Source: Bugula neritina (taxonomy: Eukaryota; Animalia; Bryozoa). From it: a DNA stretch of 64,000 nucleotides. The translations under genes were made by a program, and so were the position numbers. Below, in pieces: positions 1-26,100 of this stretch. How positions within the stretch are numbered: the stretch's first letter is position 1; every line of letters starts with the position of its first letter. Where the stretch lies: NCBI GenBank assembly GCA_964035545.1, contig OZ037769.1, positions 1,116,001 to 1,180,000 on the forward strand, read 5' to 3'. Below the pieces are notes generated by a model that was not told the DNA's origin, did not search any database, and saw only the letters and a program-made list of their open reading frames with translations.

Positions 1-264
1 TAACTATATGTTTATATCTCCATAGCTTTTTTCATAAATTCATTTTTAGGCACAGCAATATATACGCATGGGTCAGTTTACTTCATTTAGTACACACCAG
101 CAAATTATGACCCAACATTGAAGTTTGCTCCAAATCCATTGAAATTTACTATACATGGTATTTTTATGTGCTGGTTTTAATTACGCATAACAGCAAAGGC
201 TGGGAGGGGATTCCCCAACATTAAAGCACAGGTCATTGTCATATGCACTTAATATTCTATATGC

Positions 265-297
265 ACGGACCGTTACGAAAAAACCGTAACGGTCCGT
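265..297. repeat. Perfect 13-bp inverted repeat (hairpin) with 7-nt loop
   Basis: acggaccgttacg (265-277) is the exact reverse complement of cgtaacggtccgt (285-297); loop aaaaaac. Confidence 0.9.
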
Positions 298-1063
298 AAC
301 CAAAACTAGCTGAATAATTAGGGAAAAACGTGGGAAATGAAACAAAATTAAAAAGAACTTTGATTATTTAGGTGCATTTATTGGTGCTTAACTAGTTTTG
401 GCCAAAAAAACCATGCTCATTACCAGCTAAATTGTGAAAAATAGCTAAAAACTGAAGATTTCAAGTGTGTACTAAATTAAGTAAAATGACCCGCATTGCA
501 AGCTTTCTATACCGATTGCTATGTTTAATGAAATAATCTCCTTTCAACGCATTAGTGTGGTAACAGAAGGCTTTAGTATAACTTGGAATTGCCCGACCTT
601 TATGTCGCTCAAATATAAAATATAATGCATTGCATTTGAATACTGAAATGTTATCTTATTGAAATCAGGGAATGCTTAAAAAGGTTGTCACAATTATCAT
701 GATCACGTGAGCTTAAAGATAAGCAATCTAAAATAGCTGTTTCAAGTTTTTTTAGAGAGTCATTTTTAACTGCTGCACATTGATTTGATAAGGAGCTGTG
801 TAAACCCATTCTATTGGTCAATACCTTTAAAACAATTAAACACCGATCAATATATAATTATATTACAACTGGTTATAAATGTTGGTATACTGAGGCTGAA
901 GTTTCTTTGCTATTGGGCTTACTTTCCACTTCCAAACAGCTTTCTATAAAATATTATGCTGTAAATGCATTGCGCAGAAGCTGTTAATGTTGTATCAGCT
1001 TTACCTTTAACGATATAATATAATGTAGCTGTACCAAAATCAATAATCTCTAAATCGTAGTAA

Positions 1064-1175
1064 GCATGCATAGCAACAAGCATGCATAGCAACAAGCATG
1101 CATAGCAACAAGCATGCAGAGCAACAAGCATGCATAGCAACAAGCAAGCATAGCAACAAGCAAGCATAGCAACAG
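1064..1175. repeat. 16-bp minisatellite (catgcatagcaacaag)n, about 6-7 copies
   Basis: Directly visible; explains spurious ORF 919..1185. Confidence 0.9.
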
Positions 1176-2779
1176 GTGATGGCAATAAACAGTTAGCAAA
1201 AAGCCAAAACTGATAAATTAATAAAAAGCTGCTGAACAGTCAGTCTTTTATTTATGTTTTGTAACTATAAGCTGACACTAAAAAGTTGAAAATGTGAAGT
1301 CAAATAAGCAGTTGTATAACAGACTTGGTTGAGCTACCGGGTGGTAATTATTTGAATGTCAACTTGTATTAGCTAGACTGAAATGAGCAACATATACAAA
1401 GCAACACTAATAAATTATTATGCTGCATGACATGATTAATTTGGTTAGTGCTGCCTGTACTAGTTAGTTGGCGTAAAAAATACGAATATAGGCACATAGG
1501 CTCAGCATAAGACCATGTAATTAGCTTTGATTTAAAATTGGAGAGAAGAGTGCAAACTTAAGCTCTTTGTTTTATGACTCAAAGGCTATTTATATAGAGT
1601 AATAGGCTATTTAAACTAAGACATGCTATTATCATATTAAGTGGGAGCATATTGAGCTAAAGCATGCACTGCATATACCATGTATATTCTACTCTAAAGG
1701 CTGCTCTACTTTTAGCAATAAAACACTAATATGATATACCATATTATAAAAGGAATTAATATATTAATTTAATCTGTTTACAACATTGAGTTTATAAATT
1801 TCCAAGAAAATGCTTTCAGCTGTTTTCACAGTCTGACAGCATAGAAAACAGCATTCCTGAATTAAGTATTTCTATTATTAAAACCATCAATTATGCTTTA
1901 ATCATTATATTTATTTGCTCATGTCTGCAAAACTAATACTACAATATAATGCAATACATTTTATCCATAGATGAAAGATGAAGAATATAGTATAGTGTAT
2001 AGTTGTAATCTGAGCATGCAAATAAGCACCCTTAACTCCCCTTATATCTCTAACCTTAAACCATGTGTAATCAATCACTTAATTCTGTAAACATCCATAA
2101 ACACTACAGTTACTGCAATGGTTGTATTTGTATTCTACACAAATCAAATAGCTTGACAAACAGCTGCTGCAATGCCCATTATTGCTAGTCAATTTAAAAA
2201 GAAGTTGGAATAAGTTTATGGCAGTTATGTAACTCAAGTTTCAATTTAATAGCAAAAAATTTAAGTTTGACTAAACAGCTTATTTTCATGTTGCAAATAC
2301 TTTTCAATTGTCTGTTTGGAAACTTAGAAATAAATTTCAGGGAAATTCGGCTGAATTATGTTAACCTATACTTATACAATTGCTGTTTAGACAAGATCAA
2401 CTGAGAATGCAAGAGTGGTTATGTTGAATAGATGCTACACTTTCTCATACTGATATTAGGTCAATACTCTCCAATTATATTCTATTCGAAACAAATATGA
2501 ACCTTAATGCAATGCATAAACTTGGAAACAAGAATTTTCGTGCTTACTTTACAATATATTACATAACTATTTATTTCTTTGAGCAAATTAGAAAAAAATC
2601 AATAGAATCAAATGAGGTAGAGAGGACTATAACTGGGCATGCAGACATTGATTGAGAATTTAAACAATAATATTGATTTGAAGTAACAGCCCACAGCTAA
2701 TTAGTTTAAAATGAATTTCTTGCAAGACCGATACTAGCAGCTTATTGCAACAAGTTATAAACTAGTAGAGCACGTTTTA

Positions 2780-4036
2780 TCACCTTGGATCTAGTGTAAA
2801 TTGCGAAGACATGAGTCTAAGTTGTTTCAGTGTTCGGGAGACGGCTTCGAACCACCCGCAATTATCATAAACCAGGCCATGTTTCTGGCAAGCCGCTTTC
2901 ACCAGTTCTGTGGCTCTGCGGTAATTGTGTCTGGGCATACGAGGATAGAGATGGTGAACCAGATGGAAATTCAGTCCACCATGAAACCAGTCCAGCCACC
3001 AGGGCGTAGTGATGTCTATATTGCTCTCCACTTGCATTCGACACCAGCTGATTGTGGTTGAAACCTCTTCAATTTCATGATAGCTTTTGGCATAGTGGCT
3101 AATGAGCAACTGCACGTGTAACACACCCTGTACAAATGCAGCTATACTATAAAACGCAAATACTTCACTCCAACTTGGGAGATAAGAAAGCAGTGTTGAT
3201 ACCCAAATCCAGTGTAAAGCTAAAGCTACCCTTTCAAACGTCTGCTTTTCCTCCATTGCTGATGCTCTTAAAATTGCAAAACGTCCAGCAAAGACGCAAA
3301 GAGGTAGAAATGTTAAGTGTTGTATACGAATAGAAAGCAAGCTAAACTTGTTCTGAAAGAAGGGCCACAACTTCTTGTTTTGCACCCAAATCTTGGGGGT
3401 CACCATTTGTGGGTCGACAAAAGAAGTCTCGTAATCGACACAAGTGGTGACTGCGTGGTGTATGAAGTGCTTCCCTCGCCACCATGATCCGCTGACTCCA
3501 AAACAAACGCTGCCAAAGAAAGTTCCTAGCCACTTGTCTACTCGTCTGTTGTGTGTAAAGTGATTGTGCTCAAAGTCGTGCATGAAGAAACCACATTGCT
3601 GCCAGAAAGCTGCCAACGCCAAACTCCCGATACACAGGTGCATAGTAGAGTCGTACAAAGCTACACAAACTACAACTGTCAACAGCAAAGTGAAAGTTAT
3701 AAAAAACTTTAAAGCATACCAATAATAATTTGTCTTGAAATATCCTTCTTTTTCAAAGAAATTTCCTAACTTTGCAAATGTTTGCGTGACTTCATCGTCT
3801 TCAACTGATTCGCCGCCTAATTTCATGTAAGGCTTCCAGTGTTTGAGGACAGAGTCTTTGTGAAAGGCGTGAAATACTGCTGAGGCATCTTTGCCAACAA
3901 ATCTAGTGATGATGTTGCCACCAGGGTGATGAGGAATAAACTTCGTCACGTCATACCAGTACCCATCTATGCCTATGAGTTTTCGATCATATTTATCCAT
4001 TCTAGAATCTTCCATAGCATTCGCATTAACATCCAT
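2780..4036 (-). CDS. Cytochrome b5-fused (front-end / sphingolipid delta-8-like) fatty acid desaturase, single coding exon, about 418 aa from first ATG
   Basis: N-terminal b5 motif WYDVTKFIPHHPGG; His boxes HDFEH, HFIHH and HLVHH; C-terminal WLDWFHGGLNF...HHLYPRMPRHNY typical of the family; hydrophobic TM segments. First in-frame ATG is at 4036 (the ORF track starts at a TTG at 4060). Confidence 0.93.
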   Translation of the reverse strand: MDVNANAMEDSRMDKYDRKLIGIDGYWYDVTKFIPHHPGGNIITRFVGKDASAVFHAFHKDSVLKHWKPYMKLGGESVEDDEVTQTFAKLGNFFEKEGYFKTNYYWYALKFFITFTLLLTVVVCVALYDSTMHLCIGSLALAAFWQQCGFFMHDFEHNHFTHNRRVDKWLGTFFGSVCFGVSGSWWRGKHFIHHAVTTCVDYETSFVDPQMVTPKIWVQNKKLWPFFQNKFSLLSIRIQHLTFLPLCVFAGRFAILRASAMEEKQTFERVALALHWIWVSTLLSYLPSWSEVFAFYSIAAFVQGVLHVQLLISHYAKSYHEIEEVSTTISWCRMQVESNIDITTPWWLDWFHGGLNFHLVHHLYPRMPRHNYRRATELVKAACQKHGLVYDNCGWFEAVSRTLKQLRLMSSQFTLDPR

Positions 4037-6065
4037 TTCTTCCCCCTTCGTGATGCTCAACTCTGCAGTCTGTTCTGCTTCAAAAATAGTCTAATATATA
4101 TCTGTACTTTGCTACAGCAATTACTATGACATTTAGTAGAATAACTAGCACGCTATGTTACCAATAAAATGCTAAGCAGTAAGCATAAACTACCTCCTTC
4201 CCCTTTGTTTATTGCTAAGAGCTCCTCTACTTCACGTGCACAACTGCACTTTATGATGATTGCTTGGCATTATAGTGGCTTGTGAGCGGAAGGCATCGAC
4301 TGAGTAATCAATTCATTCGGACCAGTTATATGAAAGGAGAGATCCACTTGAGTCGAGTGCATACAGACCTTTGAGTGGGGCAATGCTGAGTTTACACACG
4401 ACTGTGGCTTACAGCTGGTTACCTAGCAACCGGAATAAACATCTGGTTGAGAATTTAAGCTGTCTGTGTATTGCATTAGAACAAATCCAATATCGTGGCA
4501 GCATTTCGCAACTGAGTGTTAGTAAATATTAAATCCTATGAGCAGCCATTGAAACTCTCACCACTATTCTCATATTATAATTAAATTCCTTTGTTGTGGG
4601 TCTTCCTTCATACCATCCGATAAAAATATAATGATTGTTATTAGAAATTGAGGGTTACTGCTAAAACTATGGGAACTTTTTTTTTCCTTGTAAGATAAAG
4701 CACTGATCAGTTTACACCCAGCACGATTACAGTTTCAAGTATATGCAGTATGCAACTTGATATATGTTGTAACATAATGTTACAGGGAAATATTACAATA
4801 GGTTACAATAGGTACTAGCTAGTATTAAATACTATTTGGATATAATCCCACTTCAGCAGCTATATATAATGCAACATAACTATGTGCTTATATGACCAAC
4901 ACCTTTGGAATGCATTAGAGACCAATATATTATAGAATATAATAATTTCCCTGTCACAACCTTTTGCTGTTTAAATACAAACTTACTAAATATTAAAAGT
5001 TAGTAACCAGTCTATTCATCAGTCTTGAAATGCTTATACTCTTTAAACATGTTCTACAATTGGCTGTGCACAAGCAATAGTTATTCTTATTGGCTAAGCA
5101 TAAGTAATCGTATTTTATCAAAATAATATTGCAAAGAATAATTGGCCTTCTAGAACAGAAAGTCAAGCTAAGTGTAATATGTTAAACTAAATAATAACAG
5201 CATCATATTTTACTTATAATTGAAATTTCTTGTTACTAATATATAATCTATTGGTTATTTAATGTGATTAACCCATATTTTCATTCATAAGCTATGCAAA
5301 CAATATATAAAACCATGCTTTATTAACTATTATTAAATTATTATTAATATGTATAATTATGGAATACTATGTTATAATTATTATATATTGAAATCATACT
5401 TTATAGCATCCAATTAGCTCATGTAATTCTAGGAATCTTTACATAAATAACAGAAGGCTTTGTTTATAAGATGAAGTTGTTTCACTTGATAATAACTGGA
5501 ATTTTAACAGGAAATGGGCACAAAAATGAGGAAAATGGTATGCTTTTGTTCGTACAGATCAATGAAAGCCATCGTCTATTCATATTAGAATTGTTTAATT
5601 TATATAAATTGTTACAATTTACACACCAGTGAACAAACCAATGCAAGTTATACATATACATTTTTATACATTATTCAGAGTGATACAATGAGCTCTAAAC
5701 AGGGCTAGCTTCATATAGAATAGAGATAATTGTCAGCAATGTTGAGTCAACATGGTTCAGATAAATAATGCATCAATGCACTTTACTTACATTTGAATAT
5801 TATATCACACAGGGCTCTCTCACTAGAGATAAGGAAATGAATCAGAAATGCATATACTGCAACATAATGAGGTGACAGTTTTCCTATTCCAATACTCATG
5901 TCTTTGTTGCCAGAACCTTTGTTTGTAGAAAGTCATGCCAGGAACCACCTGCTCATGCTGCTTATATTAATATACGATCAGTTGATTTGTGCTCCTTGGG
6001 GTATAGCTGTCAGTTTACAGCAGCGTTGGGCACCAGGACAGTGCGTTGTGTCTTACTGCTATAAT

Positions 6066-10740
<4,675 letters not shown>

Positions 10741-11440
10741 CGTTGGGAGTTGGCAAAACTAACGTTGCTTGTTATGGCAGTTTAAACCGTGGTTTTAAAA
10801 TCGATATCGATCAATTGCATTGCCACTTGTTTTATTTTACTAAAATTTGACATCAGTTATTCATGTATATTTTTTGATTTTAATGAAGACTTTTTATGAG
10901 TTTTTAAACGTGTAGCATAATTAGTTTTTGCAAATTCAATATTGCTCTCATATTTGCATTTTCACTTGTTTGTGATTAATGTAATATTTTTATTTTTTAC
11001 CTAATTGCATATAAAATAAAATCTTGTGCCGTTTCATTCAACTAGCTATTTATTTATACCAAAGTTGAGCCGCCCAATGTTTGTGGGTGGTTTGAATGTT
11101 TAAAGTGTTAAATGCGCAAAGGTTACAGATGGCGGCTCACAATAAGAAATGGCTTTCAATTGCTCTATCATCTGTAAGTGTTTGCATATAATATGAATGC
11201 AATATTAAAGTGATACAATATTGATTGGAGGGTAACCTTACATAACGCCTATTGTATTAATAACAATTTTCTATCTAATTACCAACTTCTTCTATTATAA
11301 ATTATTTATGAGACTTTTCAAACACTTTAAAATATTACTTTGCAAAGTTCAAATGTTTTTGTGAAGCTAATGAATGGTAAAGTCTTAAGACAGAAAGATG
11401 TAATATTAGCTTAAAAAAACCTAAAATAACAATATAAAGG

Positions 11441-20329
<8,889 letters not shown>

Positions 20330-21790
20330 CATCTAATAGTTCAAAATATTATAATGTATTGAAAGCTTGAATGTTTAGTATTGCATCACAGTTTTCAGTT
20401 AAATCTAAAGCTATTATGGGCAATATAAGCAAAACCATAAGTGTAAATTTATTGTCGTTGTGCATTTAATTCTTATATTTTAGCAAAATACGAACAAATT
20501 CACAAGAAGTTCTGTAACTTTTATTTGTCAACAAAATAATATTTTTATGGTTGCGGCACAAAAATATGTTTCATTGAGATTACAATTCAAGTTTTCAATA
20601 TTGTGTGTAGTAATAAAGTACTTCTAGTGATATGAAAAAATCTCATTTTGTATTTAATCTCAAAATACAGATTTCATGAAAACCTCAAAATCAAATAAGT
20701 ATAAATCTGTCTAATAAACTATATTATAGTACAAGTTATTTAAGTTTGAAAGTTTTTATCTTTGCAGATGCATAGAACATAACACATCATAGAGCTAAAT
20801 TACGCTAAGGGCATTCATAATTGTTGCAAAAAAATTACTACTTTGATTAAATTTAACTGCCATATTGCATGTTTTTAAGTGATTTATTTTGAGAAGATTC
20901 AAGACTATTGAACGTTGAAAAGAGATGAACACGTTCAAGTTTAAAATGTTGCGCTACAATATATATAACAATATTTATATTGTATATATAAGATAATGTA
21001 GTTATTATACTATAGGACATTGCATCAAACCTGAAACAGAATATAACAATAAAACATTTACAGGTATATGCAATGTTTTGTTTAAGTACACTTTATTATC
21101 CAAATGTCATAACTAACATATAATGGGGTATAATATTGATATCAGCAGAGATACTTCATATAAGCATCATAAAAGGATTATACTATATTGTTTGCTGTTT
21201 ATATTGCTTATTATGTTCTATTTATTAGCTCTAGAAACAATTAATGTTGACTTTTGTTTTTTGAAAAATGTTTGCATTAAGAAAAGTAATTGAACATTTC
21301 TTTGATAAAAATTCGGTATTTTTCATGTCTAAAAGTAATACAACATGAGTTTCATTAAAAATTGAAAAATCAACTTTGAAAGTAGAATTCTATATCTGAT
21401 TGTCAATAAAATGAAAAAAGGAAAAGAAACATCTAATCTATTATTGATGGTTGCTAACCACATTCCTTCTATTAGCAAATATTGAATTCGTATAACTTTG
21501 CTTGTTTTTAAATAACATGTCTAATGCATCATAAAACAGCTATTGAAAAAAGCTTCTAGAAACACAAAATATAAAATTCATACAATCTAAAATCAATTTT
21601 GAAGCTAAATATTAAAACAAGCATTCTGAAAACAAAATCATTTTGCCGCGAAGCAACTTTTAGGCAAAGATTTTATTCTTGACTCTAAAATACAAATTAA
21701 ATTTTTGGTGGATAAAAATATTGAGGATGTTCTTGCTTTAAAAACTTTTATAAAATAATCGCATTTTTAGTGCATTTCGCAAGGCAAGTC

Positions 21791-23093
21791 ATGCTGAAAA
21801 GTGGTGTTTTTCAAGCTTACAAACATTGTTGTTTAATTTTGTGGCTGATAGAGCTTACAGGTGGGTATGAAAAGCAGTTTATAATTCACAAGAATCTCTA
21901 TCTGATAGGATGTTCGGGGAAGTCGGTAAAAGTTAAGGGAATGACGTTGCAGCACTGTGCTCAGGTAAATGTATCTAAAGACACCAAACTGACGTTTAAT
22001 TAGCTAAAGTATTTCAAAATACATACTCAGAATAAACCCTTGCTTAATCTTAGTATAAAGGTTTTTGAAACATTTATAGCTATGAATTATTTCTACAAGT
22101 GACAATATAAATGAGTTTAAAATTAGTTATAGCTGTATAGTAAATCTAGACGGCTGATTTCTATCTAACATTTCAGGTGTGTCTGTCAAAGGGCTGGAGT
22201 TGTCAGTCATTCAACTATAACTCTAAATCCAAGAGTTGTAAACTTAACAGCTGCAAATTTGGTGTTGCTGGAACTCATTTGGATGTCACATTGAAACATG
22301 ACTCATCTCACAGCTACGTAGAAGTCAAAGTATAGCAGCAGATAAACTTAATCACAGTGACAGTAACTTAATTTTTAGTGAATTAAATAAATTCAAGTAT
22401 CATACAGAATTAAAAATTGAAAAGTAAAAGTCATTACCATAATATTATTATTATAAATGCATCGAACTCTAAACACCATAAGCTGATATCTTTTTGTCAA
22501 CAGTTTAATTTACATTGGTAATCTTCTACAAAAAACTGTTGGGCAAATTTTAACTCAACTCATGCTGCAACATGAATTTGCTTTACCAAAATGCAGCTGC
22601 AAAACAATTTGTACCAAAGCCCTTTTTAAAATATCAATGACCTATGTGGGAATTGAACACTTTAGTAAAATTATCAGTTGTAGAGGCTTCCATTTTTATT
22701 TATCATTTCAGAAGTTATAGAATCCTGTTGACTAAATATGTTAAAGCCTAAACTATAATTTTATAAACTATAGCCTATTATGCATAGAATGTCATCTTAG
22801 ACCAAACAAGACTAGAGTATTGAGCTATTAAGTTTCATTCTGCAGAAATGGATATTTAAGAATAAATATATAGTTATTAGGTTGACATGCATAAATTATT
22901 AAAAGTAATTGTATAGCTGTTCAAAGGAAAAAATAAATTTCAAGTATTTATTTTATTGACAAAAGAATTGATTTTAGTTGCGGTCATTTAATATTTATAT
23001 GGTTTATTCTATTTATAGACTATAACGTTTTGACATAAAACTGTGGAATGTTTAGTTAAAGCAAACAATATAACAATGTATTTTATGTTACAT

Positions 23094-23183
<90 letters not shown>

Positions 23184-26100
23184 GTATATATCGATATATC
23201 GATATATATATATATATATATTATGTAACATAAAATACATTGTTCATATAATAGTCTGCAAGTGGAATTGAGTGTCAAACTAGCCAAAGAAAAGATACCT
23301 GTAATTCCGCTGGTACAAGAAATTGTCTCGCCGGAATACAAGCTGGTGAAGTTACACAGGCAAGAGAGTGTCAATGCAACAGTTTTGCTTCTGGAGATGA
23401 TTGTAGTGAGAGTAAGTGCTTATTGCATTTTACTCTTAATATTCCTAATATATACTCTTTATATTCCTAATATATGCTCTTTATATACACCTTATATACT
23501 CTTTATATATTCTTTATATATTTTTTGCATATTCTATATATTTAATATATTATATTTTTATGCAATATTTACATGTTTTGTATATGATATAAATAATGTT
23601 GGTGTAGTAAACATAGTATAGCGTCTGCTACTTGCTATATATTGTTTGACTTTAGTAAACACGTCAGCATCTGAAGATGTAGCGTGGAGGTTTATTCCTA
23701 TTCCACTCACTGCTCCAGCGGCAGAATTAAGTTGTTCTGCAACTGGAGGTCATATGCTGACCGTGAACTCTGACCTTGAGCAGAGTCAAGCTGAGCTGTT
23801 TATGTCTCGGTACACAGGTGAGCACGTGACTCATGTATAGCAATTAAGAAGTTTGTGATCTAACAAAACGATTTGAGAAAATGAACTATTGTTGCTTGAA
23901 AATTTTGTAGGAAAACATCAAAAAGCTAGAATAGCACTTGAAAAGTATCATGGCTGTGTTGAAATGTTTTACAGGTGAAATACTTTTGGGATTGCAATAC
24001 TATTCTGTCTACGAAGACTTTGCATATACTGGGAACAGACAACCTCTCACGGGATACACTAACTGGCTTGAAGAGAAAAATACAACTGAAAGGAGAGGTT
24101 GTGTTAAACTAAGTTCTGTAGATGACTACAAGTGGGTGGATGTTGACTGTAGTACAGAACTTCCTTATATCTGTGTTGGTTAGTAGACTATTGACTGTAG
24201 TACAGAACTTCCTTATATCTGTGTTGGTTAGTAGACTATTGACTGTAATACAGAACTTCCTTATATCTGTGTTGGTTAGTAGACTATTGACTGTAGTACA
24301 GAACTTCCTTCTATCTGTGTTGGTTAGTAGACTATTGACTGTAGTACAGAACTTCCTTCTATCTGTGTTGGTTAGTAGACTATTGACTGTAGTACAGAAC
24401 TTCCTTATATCTGTGTTGGTTAGTAGACTATTGACTGTAATACAGAACTTCCTTATATCTGTGTTGGTTAGTAGACTATTGACTGTAGTACAGAACTTCC
24501 TTCTATCTGTGTTGGTTAGTAGACTATTGACTGTAGTACAGAACTTCCTTCTATCTGTGTTGGTTAGTAGACTATTGACTGTAGTACAGAACTTCCTTCT
24601 ATCTGTGTTGGTTAGTAGACTATTGACTGTAATACAGAATCTCCTTATATCTGTGTTGGTTAGTAGACTATTGACTGTAGTACAGAACTTCCTTCTATCT
24701 GTGTTGGTTAGTAGACTATTGACTGTAGTACAGAACTTCCTTCTATCTGTGTTGGTTAGTAGACTATTGACTGTAATACAGAATCTCCTTATATCTGTGT
24801 TGGTTAGTAGACTATTGACTGTAGTACAGAACTTCCTTCTATCTGTGTTGGTTAGTAGACTATTGACTGTAGTACAGAACTTCCTTCTATCTGTGTTGGT
24901 TAGTAGACTATTGACTGTAGTACAGAACTTCCTTATATCTGTGTTGGTTAGTAGACTATTGACTGTAGTACAGAACTTCCTTATATCTGTGTTGGTTAGT
25001 AGACTATTGACTGTAGTACAGAACTTCCTTCTATCTGTGTTGGTTAGTAGACTATTGACTGTAGTACAGAACTTCCTTCTATCTGTGTTGGTTAGTAGAC
25101 TATTGACTGTAGCACAGAACTTCTTGATCACACTGGACTATCAACATCTAATATACTACACCATGTTTTACAGAACCTCTGTGTGGTTCTGGTGGACAAG
25201 CATTCAATGGATCCTGCTACTATGTGGCCTCAACAGAATCAACATGGTCGACTCAACATGATCTCTGCTATGACAAAAACCATAGAAGTCGGTTGGCCAC
25301 AATTCACAGTGAAGAATACAATGAGTATGCAGAACTTATAACAAGTATGTTTATTAGGATACATCATTCTGGTAAAACCCATAAGCATGACAAGTTTTAA
25401 TTTTTATCAACAAATGTAGTTTTAAAAGTTATGTTTGGTTTTTGCAAATTTTTGTTGTTTTTGCCAATTCTGATTAATCATTTGCTAATCAGTTGCAGCC
25501 TAAGTCATTTTCTCTATAGGTATGTCCAAAGTTGCATTATCTGTTTATAGATAACTAATTTTTCAAAATAGTTAACAATATAGAATTATAATAATTTAAC
25601 TGAAAGCTGTTTATATAGCTGAAAGCTTTTCACAGCTTTTTCTCTTATACGGTAACTTGCTATATATAGCTACAATGCCATGATATAAATTATGATAATA
25701 CTGCAATTCTTACATCATCTTGACTATACTACATATAAGCAGCTACAAATTAACATAAATATGTATTTTAGCATTTTCCCAGAATGCATTAGGGCTCCAT
25801 GACTACATGATACCAAATGCATTTCAGTGGATTCACAATGAATGGATTCTCATAGGTGAGTCAGCTTTAAAGCTTCTCATAAAGAATCAACCAGTTTACA
25901 CAGCTAACCATAATAACTTAAGGCAAATCATTTAGCCTTTCTCACACCAGGATACTGTTTTAAGTAACTTTTGCACTCCACTATATTTTCAGTTTCAGTT
26001 TAGATTTTGTCTACACGCCGTTTTTCTTGCTACCAACACTTTTCACATCTTCTGCCCTTTTTTCTTTTCTTTTACACAACATTTTTTCTGCAAATGAAAA

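Noticed and set aside
220-830. TTAA-flanked (Kolobok/piggyBac-like) element
   Set aside because: Candidate ends ttaaagcacagg and caatacctttaa do not form matching TIRs within the window.
919-1185. Cys-rich 88-aa ORF
   Set aside because: Translation of a 16-bp minisatellite.
23043-23374. YI-repeat ORFs (also 9891-10199 and 16137-16391)
   Set aside because: (TA)n microsatellite translations; real exons overlapping them use other frames.
24142-25125. 48-bp, 45-bp and 20-bp arrays as CRISPR arrays
   Set aside because: Head-to-tail units with no unique spacers, no cas genes, and a eukaryotic intronic context.
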